The position numbers were made by a program, and so were the translations under genes. The notes under the pieces are model-generated. The model had not been told where the DNA came from. It did no database searches and saw only the letters and a list, made by a program, of their open reading frames with translations. A stretch of 64,000 nt of DNA. Origin: Eledone cirrhosa (lineage: Eukaryota). The stretch spans positions 14,198,001-14,262,000 of the forward strand of contig OZ024760.1 of the NCBI GenBank assembly GCA_964016885.1, given 5' to 3'. Positions 1 through 16,068 of the stretch are shown here, in pieces (the first letter of the stretch is position 1; each line of letters starts with the position of its first letter).

Positions 1-224
1 CACACCCACACAAAGTAACACACACACACACACACACACAAAGCAACATACACACACACACACACAAAGCAACATACACACGTACACATACAGCAACATA
101 CACACACACACACACACAATTGTGTCAATTGAAAGTGCAACACCACACCATTTATTGCACTATCTCTGCCAGCACCAGTGCACTAAAACTGTCAATAAAC
201 ACAGATGAGAGAGTTGGGGAGGAG

Positions 225-491
225 GAGATAGATGGACAGATAGATAGAGATAGATAGATAGAGATAGATATATAGATAGATAGAGAGATAGATAGATATA
301 GAGATAGATAGAGATAGATAGATATATAGATAGATAGAGAGATAGAGATAGATAGATAGATAGAGATAGATAGATAGATAGAGATAGATAGATAGAGAGA
401 TAGAGATAGATAGAGAGATAGATAGAGATAGAGATAGATAGAGATAGATAGATATATAGATAGATAGAGAGATAGAGATAGATAGATAGAG

Positions 492-522
<31 letters not shown>

Positions 523-669
523 GATAGATAGATAGAGAGATAGAGATAGATAGAGAGATAGAGATAGATAGAGAGATAGAGATAGATAGAGAGATAGAGA
601 TAGATAGATAGAGAGGTAGAGATAGATAGATATATAGATAGATAGAGAGATAGAGATAGATAGATAGAG

Positions 670-700
<31 letters not shown>

Positions 701-954
701 GATAGATAGATAGAGAGATAGAGATAGATAGAGAGATAGAGATAGATAGATAGATAGAGATAGATAGATAGATAGAGAGATAGAGATAGATAGATAGATA
801 GAGATAGATAGATAGAGAGATAGAGATAGATAGAGAGATAGAAATAGATAGATAGAAATGTTTATTAGCCACAGGGGCACAAAAGAATAGATAGAGAGAT
901 AGATATACAGAAAGAGAAAGAGCGAGAGAGAGGCAGATAGATAGATAGATGGAC

Positions 955-986
<32 letters not shown>

Positions 987-1350
987 ACAGAAAGAGAGAG
1001 AGAGAGTGGCAGATAGATATATATAGAGAGAAAGAGAGAGAGAGGTAGAGAGAGAGGTAGAGATAGAGAGAGAGAGATAGAGAGAGAGGTAGAGAGATAG
1101 AGAGAGAGGGAGAGAGGGAGAGAGGTAGAGAGATAGTGAGAGGGGTAGAGAGATAGAGAGAGAGAGAGATGGGTAGAGAGAGAGGTAGAGAGAGAGAGGT
1201 AGAGAGAGAGAGGTAGAGAGAGAGAGGTAGAGAGAGAGAGGTAGAGAGAGAGAGAGGTAGAGAGAGAGGTAGAGAGAGGTAGAGAGAGAGAGGTAGAGAG
1301 AGAGAGGTAGAGAGAGAGAGGTAGAGAGAGAGAGGTAGAGAGAGAGGTGT
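225..1350. repeat. (GATA/GA)n and (GAGAGGTA)n simple repeats
   Basis: Directly visible; source of the spurious 242-aa and 398-aa ORFs. Confidence 0.95.
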
Positions 1351-2004
1351 ATGTTTAAAGACTTTGATATTGTTAACAGTGAGATCAATAGAGTATGACT
1401 TGATTAAATGGCGAATATTGGTTTTGATGTAATGTAACCACATACACATATACACACATATACACACAAGCACATACATACATACATACACACACAAGCA
1501 CATACAGACATACATACATATATACACACACAAGCACATACACAGACATACATACATATATACACACACACATATATACATACACAAGTACATACACAGA
1601 CATACACAAACATACACATATAAACATCAACACACAGAGAGAAGCACATACACATAAATATACACACAAGCACATACTCAAGCAAGCACACATACTCACA
1701 TATACCCACAAACATCCACATCCACACACACACAAATATACACATACTTATACATACACACACACACAAAGATATACCTACAACCACATACACATCCATA
1801 CACACACCCAAAGATATACCCAGAAACATCCACAACCACACACATACATATACATATACACACACATACGCACACAAAGATAACCCCACAGATATCCACA
1901 TACACACATACATATACACACATACATATACATACACACATACGATATTCAATGAACAGATTTGTGAAGAATTAAAGATCTTAAGATTGCTATTACACTT
2001 GATT

Positions 2005-3230
2005 AGCTGCAGGTCAGCCCTGATTGTACAGGTCTCTGATCAAAGAGTCCACCATGTATTCAGACACCGTGTATCTAGGACTACATTATACAATGTGACA
2101 TTCCTCCAGGGATGTGGTTTCAGAGAAATTTCACTGCTATTTAGGTGGTGGTGGTGGTTGTTATGGCTGTTTAACCCCAGGTCAGTCCATCATTTATTCA
2201 GACACCGTGTATCTAGGACTACATTATACAATGTGACATTCCTCCAGGGATATGGTTTGAGAGAAATTTCACTGCTATTTCTAGTAGGTGGTTGATTAAC
2301 CCCAGACCAGCCCATATTTTATTCGGACACCCTGTATCTAGGACTACATTATACAATGTGTTATTACACTGGGGATGTGGTTTCAGAGAAATTTCACTGC
2401 AATTTCTAGTAGGTGGTTGTTGTTGTTATGGCTGTTTAACCCTTGGTCGGTACTGGCTGAATGGCCCTATGATTAAACACACCCCATATTTTATTCAGAA
2501 GCTGTGTATCTAGGATTCCATTATACAATGTGACATTACACTGGGGGGGTGTTATTTGAGGGAGATTTCGCTGCTATTTCTAGCAGGTAGAGTGACCACA
2601 TAGAGACTCCTTTATTTGTTGTCGTTGTTGAAGTTATTTAACCACAGATCAACTTCTAATCAAAGGCATTACTACTTCTGTGCCAAAAACACATCATACA
2701 TTCAGACAATGTATTTAGGACTACATTATACAATGTATCTTTATGCTGGTCATGTAATTTGAGGGAGAATTTGTTGCTATTTCTAACATGTTGATACTGT
2801 TCTGGTTGATTAAACCCAGATCAGTTCTGATTAAACAGGCCTATGATCAAAGACAATCCTGCTACTGTGACAGCTTCATCTTTTATTCAGATACAATGCA
2901 TCTATGACTACATTACACAATGAATCAGTCCTCTAGGGATGTGGTTTGAGGGTGATTTCACTGCTATTTCTAACTGGCTGTTATTGATATAGTTGTTTAA
3001 CCCCAGGTCACCACTGAAGGGAGCTATGATCAACAAAAGCCCATCTTTCATTCAGAAACTGTGTATCTAGAACTACCTTATGCATCTTTCCTCTAGGAGT
3101 ATTAACATATTTAAGATCTCACTGCTATTTCTAGTAGCTGTTCTGGATGATTAACCCCAGGTTGGTCCTGATTTAATGCATTCCTACTACTATGACAACC
3201 TCATCTTTTATTTAGACACTGTGCATGTAG
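2005..3230 (-). repeat. Diverged tandem array (about 7 units) of a SINE-tail-like sequence
   Basis: Recurring ttaaccccaggtca…tattcagacac.gtgtatctaggactacattatacaatg…gatttcactgctatttctag. Related short units occur on the plus strand at 17620-17905. Confidence 0.7.
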
Positions 3231-3285
3231 TTTCAATTTTTACACAGTTATATTTGGCTCACGCTTTGGTGGAAGAGGAGGCAGG

Positions 3286-3321
3286 TTTCAACATTTCGGG
3301 CAGAAGTCCTTCTTCAGGAAA
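3286..3321 (-). ncRNA. Minimal hammerhead ribozyme-like motif (PLE-type, slightly decayed)
   Basis: Reverse complement: tttc CTGAAGA aggac-ttct-gccc GAAA tg TT gaaa. Stem I is tttc/gaaa. GAAATGTT is probably a decayed GAAACGTT. Confidence 0.55.
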
Positions 3322-3425
3322 GTTTGTATAAGGAGAGAAAAGATACACGTAAGAATAGTGTGAGAAATATATATATATATACAATGATATTAAATAAATG
3401 GAAACTATATTTATAAAACCATATT

Positions 3426-3486
3426 TATTCTATTATATATATTTCAAGGGTACCAACATTTTGGTACACTATCATCAGATAAAATA
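3426..3486 (-). ncRNA. Type I minimal hammerhead ribozyme (family H1)
   Basis: Reverse complement: tattttat CTGATGA tagtgtaccaa-aatg-ttggtaccctt GAAA tatata TA atagaata. 8-bp stem I, gtaccaa/ttggtac stem II, palindromic helix III. Confidence 0.8.
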
Positions 3487-3730
3487 CGAAGTGTGTTTTA
3501 TAAATTTTGACATAGCCAAGAAGAATATACCTTAATGGTTCAAGTTATCCCTGGATAGTGAAGGGATAAGAGTAGAAAAGTCAGATATTTCAAATTATTA
3601 AGATGAGTATGCAAATGAGGTTTAGGTAGAAGATATAAAAGTTATGAATCAGTTATAACATTTATATTTGTTGAATTACCAACAAATTGAATATCCCTTC
3701 TGCTTATATATATATATATATATATAGAAA

Positions 3731-3783
3731 TGGCTTCTACAGAACTAGAACTGTTTCATTCAGGAGAAATCATCAGGAAGCCA
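3731..3783 (-). ncRNA. Type I hammerhead ribozyme (family H2)
   Basis: Reverse complement: tggcttc CTGATGA tttctcctgaat GAAA cag-ttctagtt-ctg TA gaagcca. Perfect 7-bp stem I, closed stem III, GUA cleavage triplet. A TATAAATA lies about 25 nt upstream on the same strand. Confidence 0.8.
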
Positions 3784-4246
3784 ACTGTCCAAGTAATATG
3801 GTGGTATTTATACCTTTCCTGGTGGTAGCAGAGGGTGGTGATTGGGATGGTTGGGGGTCATTGGTTGATGGATTTAAAGAAAAGAGAATTCTTTAAAAAC
3901 TATATTTAGAGTAACAAAGGCAGAAAAAATTCAAGCTAAGTACTGAGGAGGGGGACACACCTGATTTTTAAGGTTTATTCACAATGGCTATTCATTGGTA
4001 GCTCTGCTGAAATGGTCAGGTGTCTACAATTACACACGCACGTACACACATGCCTTCACAACACACACATATATATATATTTCGTTGTTGTAGTATTAAT
4101 GCAGCAACATGACTCTGGTTGCATTATTCACTATTACTTAACTTCTTTATTAATTACTCCATCATCAAGTGCTTTGTGGTGACAGTCTTCGAAGATTGGG
4201 TGCTAATCTGCTACTTGAAGCCACAACTTCGATTATACTCATTACT

Positions 4247-4292
<46 letters not shown>

Positions 4293-4601
4293 TGTATACA
4301 GACACATGCATACATATACATATATACATACATTCGTTACGAGATATTTTGCCACTACCAATTCTAATCTCATTTTAAGTCCCTTAAAACAGATGAATAT
4401 ATATATATATATATACATATACATACATACAGATACATACATATATACACACACACACATATATATACATACACACGTATATATGTGTATATCTATATTG
4501 ATATATATGTGCATGTATATATCTATGTGTGTGTATATATATGCATATTTGCATATGTATTTGTACATACACACACACATATATAATATATATATATCCC
4601 T

Positions 4602-4655
<54 letters not shown>

Positions 4656-4726
4656 AGACGTTAAATGATGATGAAACACGTATACACAGAAAGACAGATC
4701 TGTCTGTCTGTATATATGTATGTGTG

Positions 4727-4760
<34 letters not shown>

Positions 4761-5053
4761 CATATTTGTTTATACCCATGTTTATATCTAATTTTCAACT
4801 AGTGTTATTTCCCCAAGTAAACTTCATTAAGTAAATAAATAAGTAAACCAATAAATAAAAATTAAAATTAAAATGAAGAAAAAAAGTTTAAAAACAACAA
4901 CCAGAATTTCTCAACAATGTTGTGTGTGAAGTTTTTCCTCGTTAATTAAATCAGTGAAAGTTGTGACTTCATTAATATGAGATTTCAATTTCACAGTTTT
5001 TCTCTTTGTTTCAGGAAAGAAAGAGATCAGGTGAGCTGAGCTGATCCAAATGT

Positions 5054-5084
<31 letters not shown>

Positions 5085-5267
5085 AGTGATGGTGATGATG
5101 ATGATGATGGTGGTGGTGATGGTGGTGGTGATGGTGGTGATGGTGATGATGATGGTGATGATGGTGGTGATGATGGTGGTGGTGATGATGGTGGTGGTGG
5201 TGGTGATGGTGGTGGTGGTGATGATGATGATGGTGGTGGTGATGGTGGGGGTGGTAGTGATGATGAT

Positions 5268-5850
5268 TGTTTCTACTTTTGGCACAAGGCCTGTAATTTG
5301 AAGGGGAGGGGAAAGTCGATTAAATCGACCCCAGTACGTTACTGGTACTTTATTTTATCAACCCCGTAGGGATGAAAGGCAAAATTAACCTTGGCGGGAT
5401 TTGAACTCAGAATGGCAAGGGTCGTAACTCTGTGCTGCAAAGCATGACGTCAGACCCTCTACTGATACTGCCAATCCACCACCCTCCACCACCCCAATAA
5501 TAATAATAATAGTAATAGTAATATCAATGATGGTGATGATAATGATTTCCTTTCTAGGTCACATGACATTAGGGACAATTCAAGGGTGAAACAAAAAAAC
5601 AAAAACACAGCAACACAAAACAAAACAAAACAAAACAAAATAGAGTTTAGTTCGTAGCACAGGGGAGGGGGGGATCAACTCAATATAATAATAATTATTT
5701 CTACTTTTGGCACAAGGCCAGCAATTATCCCAGTGTATTACTGGTACTTTATTCTATCGACCCCGGGATTTGGACTCAGACCATAAAGGGACGTAACTAT
5801 GCTGGAAAGCATGGTGTCCGACTCTCTACTGATACTGCCAATCCACCGCC
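5268..5850 (-). mobile_element. SINE family A, two copies (5268-5480, 5695-5850)
   Basis: Reverse complement of the 9391 consensus. Confidence 0.85.
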
Positions 5851-7659
5851 ATAATAATAATAATAATAATAATAATACATCAATAATGAATAGTAATAGT
5901 AATAATAAAAGTAATCACAAGAACAACAGTAATAATACCATAACAAACAAGCTAAAAGTAAGGTATAGCTGTTGCATTTCCTATTTTGTCTTTTGTATTT
6001 TATATGTGAATATTTATTTAAAAAATCAATTGTAATTCAATTTTATGACCGGATCAGATTCTACCATCAATTTTTACACATTTCCTCACTCATACAGACA
6101 TATATATATATATATATATATACACATGTGTATATATATATGTATATATATATATATGTATATATATGTATATATATATATACATACTTGCACATACACA
6201 CACATACTCACATGAATATATACATATATATATATATATATATACGCATATATATACTTGCACATACACACATACATACAAACATACTCACATACATCCC
6301 CGCATGCACACAGCCACACATATTCATCCTCACAGACATATACATAAATATATATACTTGCACATACAAACATACCCACATGCATACAGACACGCATATA
6401 TATATATATATACTTGCACATACACACATACATACAAACATACTCACATACATACAGACACGCATATTCATCCTCACATACATATATATATATATATATA
6501 CTTGCACATACACACACATATACAATCATACTCACATACACGCACATACATACATATATATATATACATACATACATACATATACAGACACGCATACTCA
6601 TCCTCATGTACTTACAGGCACACACTCACACACACATACTTACAAGCACATACAGCCACACATACACACAGAATCCTACAAACACACTCTCATGCACATA
6701 TACATACCTACATACATACACATATACATACACACACTCAGATGTATACATTTAATACAAATTGACTTTTAAAAGTCTCCTAATTTTTTGGTTAGGCCCC
6801 CCCCCCCCTATCAATTGTATACATTTATATATAATAGCACACACACACACACACAATCACATACACACACACACACAATCACACACACACAAACACACTT
6901 CTATTATAAGAAATCTTTATTGACTTAAATATCAATATTTAGTCATGGTCGTTGTGTATATATGTACATATGTGTGTATATATGTATGTGTATATGTATG
7001 TGGGCATATGTATGTACATATGCGTGGGTGTATGAATGTGTATATATGTGTATATATATGTAGATATGTGTGGGAGTATGTACATATGAGTATATAGTGT
7101 ATTTATATGGGTATGTATATATATATATATGTGTATGTGTGTATCTATGTAAATATGTGTGGGAGTATGTACACATGAGTATATAGTGTATATATATAAA
7201 AATGTGGGTATGTATGTGTATATGTGTGTATCTATGTAAATATGTGTGGGAGTATGTACATATGTGTGTGTGTGGGTGTATGTATATGTGTGTATATATA
7301 TATGTGGATGGGTGTATGTGTGTATATATATATATATATATATTCATACACACATATATATATGTGTGTGTGTGTATGTATATATATATATATATATACA
7401 CACATGTGTGTGTATGTGTGTTTATGTGTATGGAGGTTTCTTAAGAGATTTATCTGAGTTCCTGGCAGAAGTCAAGCCGGTCACTGACAAAGTGACAAGA
7501 CTTTTTTGTTTAATCTCGACAGTTCTAGGGATTTGTAGACATCAGAGTCAGTTAATGTATTTATATGTGTGGCCATGTGTATGTGTGTATGCATACGTAT
7601 GTACATGTATGTATTTATGTATGTACATATGTACGAATGTATGCTTCAATGGATGTGTA

Positions 7660-7785
7660 ATGTTAATGTACTTGAACGATAAAGCAGGAAAGAGCTGAGA
7701 GAAAAACTGGGCATAAGAAGAATCAGATATGTGCAAGAGAGGAGACTGCACTGGTATGGACATGTGATGCAAGTAGATGTGATTG
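7660..7785 (+). mobile_element. RTE-clade LINE ORF2 fragment
   Basis: From 7692: ELREKLGIRRIRYVQERRLHWYGHVMQVD (RLxWxGHVxR motif). Confidence 0.75.
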
Positions 7786-7906
7786 TAGGGTGAAGAAATA
7801 CCAGTAGATACTCCAGTCCTATCATGTTGTTACAGCTCACTCTTATGGAGATTTAGCTAGCTTCCTACACAGTTACAACTCATTAGAGGTTTCTTAAGTG
7901 TTTTAA

Positions 7907-8415
7907 CCCATTAGCATTTAAATTGGCCATATCTGGCCAGAATTCTCTCACTTCTTTCTGTTCAAACTGGCTGTAACTGGCCACTCATACTGATGTTAAG
8001 GTATTGTTCTCAAAATAAATAATAACAAAATCTCGTAGATTCGATATTATGTGAACATTTTTTCACACTCAGAGTTGCTGAAGCATGGAACAAACTACCT
8101 GCGTCAGTTGTTAGCTGCCGAGACACTGCATCCTTTAAAACCCTCATGCTTCCCGAAATACGCCAAAACTACACCTGATGTACCCCTTCCATACACATGC
8201 ACACATGTGTATATCATGACTCATGCACTGTTCATTTTCCTGACGTTTTTACATTACCCTATGTACTATACATACACTTTTTGATGAGTTGTAGTGCACC
8301 TGAGCACTGTACACAATATTTCATTATTATTATTATTATTATTATGTGAGGTTTAACCTTTAACTTTAGTAAATATAACCTTTAGTAAATATAGAGTAAT
8401 GTAAATACTAAAGGG
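7907..8415 (+). mobile_element. piggyBac-like MITE (TTAA TSD, CCC…GGG ends) interrupted by a CR1 fragment
   Basis: ttaa|cccattagcattta … taaatactaaaggg|ttaa. Confidence 0.75.
8056..8345 (+). mobile_element. CR1-clade LINE 3' end
   Basis: 8056-8178 encodes HFFTLRVAEAWNKLPASVVSCRDTASFKTLMLPEIRQNYT*, the FFxxRVxxxWNxLPxxVV…FK C-terminal ORF2 motif. Followed by a 3' UTR and (ATT)n tail, flanked by a duplicated ttatgtga. Confidence 0.85.
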
Positions 8416-8944
8416 TTAATGATAGGGTCTCCAGTCTTATGCTGTTACAGCTCACACCTATGTAGGTTTAACTAGCTTCCTATTTCTCATTGGTGTTTTA
8501 ACGAGAGGAGCTCCAGTCCTATCACGTTGTTGTTACAGCTCACACCTATGTAGGTTTAGCTGGCCTTTTATAAGGTTACATCTCATGAGACACTTGGGTG
8601 TTTTAATAATAAGGGCTCAAGTCCTATTATGTTGTTGTTAAAACATCTATGTAGGTTTAACTGGCTTTCTACACAGTTACAACTCATTGGAGATTTAGCT
8701 GGCTTCCTACTACATGTGAAGGTGCATGGCTTAGTGGTTAGAGCATTGGGCTTGCAATCGAAAGGTTGTGAGTTCAATTCTCGAACCGGGTGATGTGTTG
8801 TTTCCTTGAGCAAGACACTTTATTTCACATTGCTCCAGTTTACTCAGCTGTAGAAATGAGATGATAGGACTGGGGTCCCTATCATTAAATTACCCAAGAC
8901 ACCCCCAACGAGATATACCTTGGAGGAGGCCAGCTAAACCTGCA

Positions 8945-9172
8945 TAGGTGTGAGCCGTCACACACACACACATAGGTGTGAGCTGTCACACACACACACA
9001 TAGGTGTGAGCTGTCACACACACACACACATAGGTGTGAGCTGTCACACACACACACACACACACACAGGTGTGAGCTGTCACACACACACACACACATA
9101 AGTGTGAGCTGTCACACACACACACACACACATAAGTGTGAGCTGTCACACACACACACACAGGTGTGAGCA
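8945..9172. repeat. Minisatellite with variable (CA)n
   Basis: taggtgtgagctgt(ca)n units. Confidence 0.9.
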
Positions 9173-9390
9173 GTCCCACACACTATTACATGATTATAAC
9201 TCATAGAAAGTTTCTCATGAAAAGAAATGTCAAATAAAATATTTTATTCAATAACACAAGCTGCCCAGTTCAGGAATTGAACCCATGACATCATGATCAG
9301 GTGTTCAACATCCAAACCACTAGGCCATGCACCTTCCCAAACCTATTGCACACTTGTAGCCAATTATGGAAACCATTATTCTTATACTTA

Positions 9391-9612
9391 GGGCGGTGGA
9401 TTGGCAGTATCGGTAGAACGTCGGACACCATGCTTTGAAGCATAGAGTTACGTCCCTTTATGATCTGAGTTCAAATCCCGCCGAGGTTAACTTTGCCTTT
9501 CATCCTTACGGGGTCGGTAAAATAAAGTACCAGTAATGCACTGGGGTCGATTTAATCGACTTCCCCTCCTCCCATATTGCTGGCCTTGTGCCTATATAGG
9601 AAACCATTATTA
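9391..9612 (+). mobile_element. tRNA-derived SINE family A (MetaSINE-like central domain), full-length representative
   Basis: A box TGGCAGTATCGG, B box GAGTTCAAATCC, core gcctttcatcct…ggtcgataaaataaagtaccag, (ATT)n tail. Confidence 0.85.
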
Positions 9613-10441
9613 TCATCATCATCATCATTATATATATTTTATATTTATATTCAAATTATTAAATCAGGGATTTAAGACATACACATGAAGGCTTTCCTTC
9701 CTTCCTTTTCGGATCTCTTAAAGAAACAAAATATACACGTGGAGCTTAAAAGACAGAGAACAGGACAAGCAAGGCCAAGCATTTTCTTTCTGTTTTCTTT
9801 TTTCTTTATTAAACGTTCATTCAAGGCCAACAAGAAATATACTACTACCACTATGAATATGGAAGAACAATCTCGCAGCAAATAAACAAACAAACAAACA
9901 AATCAAATAAATCAAATAAGAGAATTAAATAAATAAATAAGTAGGAAGCAATGATTGAATAAATAAATAGGAATGAATGAATAATCAATAAATTGTAGAA
10001 TAATAATAATAATAAAAAAATGAAGGAGAAATAATTCTGCATCATTAGAGTTATATCAGTTACACATGGCATTATGGACACAATTCTCGGTTATATTTTT
10101 TTGTTTTTTCAGTTTATGAGCTACTGTATCTTAAACCTGCTTAAGAAGAATGAAGGGTATTATTTTTGGTTCTGGTCTTTTATTATTGTTGTTTGTTTGT
10201 GTGTGTTTGTTTGTTTGTGTGTGTTTGTTTGTTTGTGTGTGTGTGTTTGTTTGTTGTGTTTCTTCGTTTTTTTTTGCTTCAGATTTATAGGATTTCTGTT
10301 TTACGAAGGGAGAGGTGGTGTGGTTGGTGAGAGAGGTGGTGTAGGTGGTGGGAGGAGGAGGAGGAAGCTGAGAGCTATGGGAGAATGAGAAAGAAAATGT
10401 GAAGAGCAAAATCCTGTTGTAGGGTAAGATAGAAGAAAATG

Positions 10442-10486
<45 letters not shown>

Positions 10487-10833
10487 GAGAGAGAGAGAGA
10501 GGAAGAGAGGGGGAGGAAGAGAGAAAGAGAGAGAGAGGGAGAGAGAGGGGAAGAGAGAGAAAGAGGAAGAGAGAGAAAGATAGGAAGAGACAGGAAGAGG
10601 AAGAGGGAGAAAGAGGAAAAGAGGAGAGAGAAAGAGGGGAGAAGGGATAAAGAGAAGGTGAAAGAGAGGAAAGAAAGATATCCATAGATATCTTATAGGT
10701 TATCAATCATTAAACTACAGCCATGTTGGGGCCTATCTCTCTCATACATATAATATATACGATCATCATCATCATTTTACGTCCGTCCGCTTTTCCCTTA
10801 TAGAGAGAGAGAGAGAGAGAGACAGATGTAGTA

Positions 10834-10866
<33 letters not shown>

Positions 10867-11767
10867 GTATATATGCAAAAAGTAAATGGAAACTCCCCAA
10901 ACCCCCAAAGAATATAGTACAATGGAGAAATATATACATAATACAAGAGATATAAGTCCTAAGGTCAAGCTTAAATCATTTCACCAACAAAACAGTGTAA
11001 GCTTGATCATTGGGCATTTATGTTTTATAATATCTACACACTACTTTCCTTAACCTTTTTAATACCAACCCACCCAAAATTGCTTCTGGGTCTATGACAC
11101 TAAACCACCTATTTTGAAAGATTCTTATTCAAATTTAAAATCTTCCAACATAATTTGATAAAAGATTGCTTCTATTTTTATTGTCCTCATTCAGATTATC
11201 TCTATCTCTAAATCTTTATATTTGGATATCTTGATAAGTTATCAATTTCCTTGATAGATAGATTGCCGTCATAAATGTATTATAAATGTTTCATATTAAA
11301 CCATTGATTCAAGCTATTCCTACAGAAATAGAAATAGAAAGTGATGTCCGAACGAGTATCCTCCACCTTCAACTAACTTACCCTCCACCTCTGGGTCCTG
11401 GCTGACAGAATGGAGAATACATTGCCTTGGAGGACAGTGAGGGAGACACGCTAGATAAGCCACTCTACCCCCACAGAGCTTGCACCTGCAGGTGGCCAAC
11501 TCTGCTCCGATAACAGTGAGTAGGTATGTAGTCTAGGGGCCAAGAACGCCGGAAGTCTCCACTGCTACAGGCTCTACCACAAACCTATCAGAGAGTGGCT
11601 GATATTTGGACAAATTGTCATCTGTGTTGATGGTATGGCACCGTAACTTCTGATAGAATCGTAGGGGTGCTGTATTGACATATGGCGTTTGTTGGGCATT
11701 TTAAGCCTGGTGCAGCCCATCCCTCTCCAGGCCTGAGTATAGCAGATTTCTTCCAGAGAAGAAGAAT

Positions 11768-13365
<1,598 letters not shown>

Positions 13366-14081
13366 AGCGAGCATTTATATATATATATTTTTTCAATGTG
13401 GTCTACCCTTCATGGTAGGGTCCGTACCGTAGATAGAACTCAATGTAATCCGATAGCGATTAATCCAGTGAAATCCATAGAAACGCTCCTGTTCCGCTGA
13501 GTTAATCCTTTAGTTACAGAGTCTGATATTAGATATTAATTTAACAATGAAAACAATAACAAAGTCAAGTTATTTTACCTATTCATGTCATTGTTTTATG
13601 ACAGTCTCAGGGGGTTGATCATATTGACATCGGAAACAATATATATATACACACACATTGTTGGAACTCCAAGGTTTCTAAGGGGTGCTCTAGTTTTTTT
13701 CAATCAATGGAGAGACTGTTCCTGAAATTAACCTGCAAGTGGCTGAGCACTTCATAGATACATGCATCTTTAACATAGTTCTCAGGGAGATTCAGTGAGA
13801 AACAGTAGATCACAAGTTTCGCCATTTGAATTACGGTTACAACTCATTTTTTGCACAACATGAAATAAAGTGTCTTGCTCAAGGACATAATGTGCTGTCC
13901 AGTCCAGGCATCAAACTCACGACCTTATGATCATTAGCTCAGTACCCTAACCACTAAACCATGCACTTTCTCTCTCTCTCTCACACACACACACGTGTGT
14001 GTGTATCCCGGGTTCAATTGGGGGTAACCACATAAGTAAGGTACTCAATAGATAGTAGAGTATTAATATTTAATATAGAAA

Positions 14082-14130
14082 TGGCTTCTACAGGATTAGA
14101 ACTGTTTCATTCAAAGGAAATCATCAGGAA
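14082..14130 (-). ncRNA. Hammerhead ribozyme, second copy of family H2
   Basis: Reverse complement: ttc CTGATGA tttcctttgaat GAAA cag-ttctaatc-ctg TA gaagcca. Homologous to 3731-3783. Confidence 0.72.
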
Positions 14131-14524
14131 ATGGTCGGTTTGGGAATCTACAATGCAGATGGGTAATTCGTCAAATAACAAAATCAGGTGGTAGTAGGAA
14201 GGAAGACAAATGTAAAGAGAGACATAAAAAGGTGTAGAAAGAAAAGCAGAGATGGAGTTACCTTGGAAGAGATTTATTGGTCCCTATATTTTGGATTTCA
14301 CATCCATCGAAGGGGGGGTTCCAAAGGGAAATAGGTACGCCGAGGAAGGGAACAATGTGTGGCTGTCTTTATCTGCCGTGTGCAGAGATGTACGTGTACA
14401 TGTGTGTCTATATCAATGTATGCAGGATAGATGCATGTTCGGTGCATTTGTGCATGTTTGCATGCATGCATTTTTACAACGGTATGATAGAGTTTGTATA
14501 AAAATGCTTGCAGTTATCTATGCT

Positions 14525-15300
14525 CAGATATGTGTGTATATGTGTATGTAAAGGTAAGCACGTATCTCTGTGTATATGTGTATGTAAAGGTAAGCATGTA
14601 TCTGTGTATATGTGCATGTAAAGGTAAGCACGTATCTGTGTATATGTGTATGTAAAGGTAAGCTTGTATCTCTGTGTATATGTGTATGTAAAGGTAAGCA
14701 TGTATCTCTGTGTATATGTGTATGTAAAGGTAAGCATGTATCTGTGTATATGTGCATGTAAAGGTAAGCACGTATCTGTGTATATGTGTATGTAAAGGTA
14801 AGCATGTATCTCTGTGTATATGTGTATGTAAAGGTAAGCATGTATCTCTGTGTATATGTGTATGTAAAGGTAAGCACGTATGTGTATATGTGTATGTAAA
14901 GGTAAGCACGTATCTGTGTATATGTGTATGTAAAGGTAAGCACGTATCTGTGTATATGTGTATGTAAAGGTAAGCACGTATCTGTGTATATGTGTATGTA
15001 AAGGTAAGCACGTATGTGTATATGTGTATGTAAAGGTAAGCACGTATGTGTATATGTGTATGTAAAGGTAAGCACGTATCTGTGTATATGTGTATGTAAA
15101 GGTAAGCACGTATCTGTGTATATGTGTATGTAAAGGTAAGCACGTATCTGTGTATATGTGCATGTAAAGGTAAGCATGTATCTCTGTGTATATGTATATG
15201 TAAAGGTAAGCTTGTATCTCTGTGTATATGTGTATGTAAAGGTAAGCACGTATCTCTGTGTATATGTGTATGTAAAGGTAAGCACGTATCTGTGTATATG
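14525..15300. repeat. 28-32-bp minisatellite, about 25 units
   Basis: tgtgtatatgtgtatgtaaaggtaagcacgtatc(tc). Confidence 0.95.
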
Positions 15301-15391
15301 TGTGTGTGTGTGTGATGGAATGCCTATAAAAAGGTTACTACCACTCAGCAGCAGCAACATACCTCTAAGTGGTTGTTACTTTCTTCTGATT

Positions 15392-15830
15392 GACACATAC
15401 ACATATATATATATGTATGCTATGAGACACATACACATATATATATGTATGCTATGAGACACATACACATATATATATGTATGCTATGAGACACATACAC
15501 ATATATATATGTGTGCTATGAGACACATACACATATATATATATGTATGCTATGAGACACATACACATATATATATGTATGCTATGAGACACATACACAT
15601 ATATATATATGTATGCTATGAGATACATACACATATATATATGTATGCTATGAGACACATACACATATATATATGTAAACTATGAGACACATACATATAT
15701 ATATAAACTATGAAACACATACACATATATATATGTAAACTATGAGATACATATACATATATATATGCTATGAGATACATACACATATATATATGTATGC
15801 TATGAGACACATACACATATATATATATAT
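15392..15830. repeat. ~32-bp minisatellite
   Basis: gctatgagacacatacacatatatatatgtat. Confidence 0.9.
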
Positions 15831-16035
15831 ATACATACCCAATTATACACACAGGCACATACATTCCCACATAGACATACGTTATCGCATGCATATAAAT
15901 ACACACATCACACAATTGCATACACACACAAATATATATATATATACATACACACACACATATATATATGGAAAATAGACGTTAAACGATGATGATGATA
16001 TATATATATATATACTTATATATACAAATATACCC

Positions 16036-16068
<33 letters not shown>

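Noticed and set aside
152-1952. Long ORFs of 180-398 aa
   Set aside because: Translations of GATA/GA/CA simple repeats with no domain content.
5015-5030. Plus-strand 16-nt microexon (tttcag|GAAAGAAAGAGATCAG|gtgagc); a similar acceptor at 10112
   Set aside because: Antisense to the supported gene, no recognisable peptide, and such sites arise by chance; needs RNA-seq.
9391-9485. tRNA gene
   Set aside because: The A and B boxes belong to SINE heads followed by SINE body and tail; no cloverleaf is evident.
13570-13615. Minus-strand CTGAGA-tgtcat/atgaca-GAATAGGTA
   Set aside because: Two core deletions and no stem I.
14525-15300. Array of AAG|GTAAG donor-like motifs
   Set aside because: On the strand opposite to the supported gene; an incidental part of the minisatellite unit.
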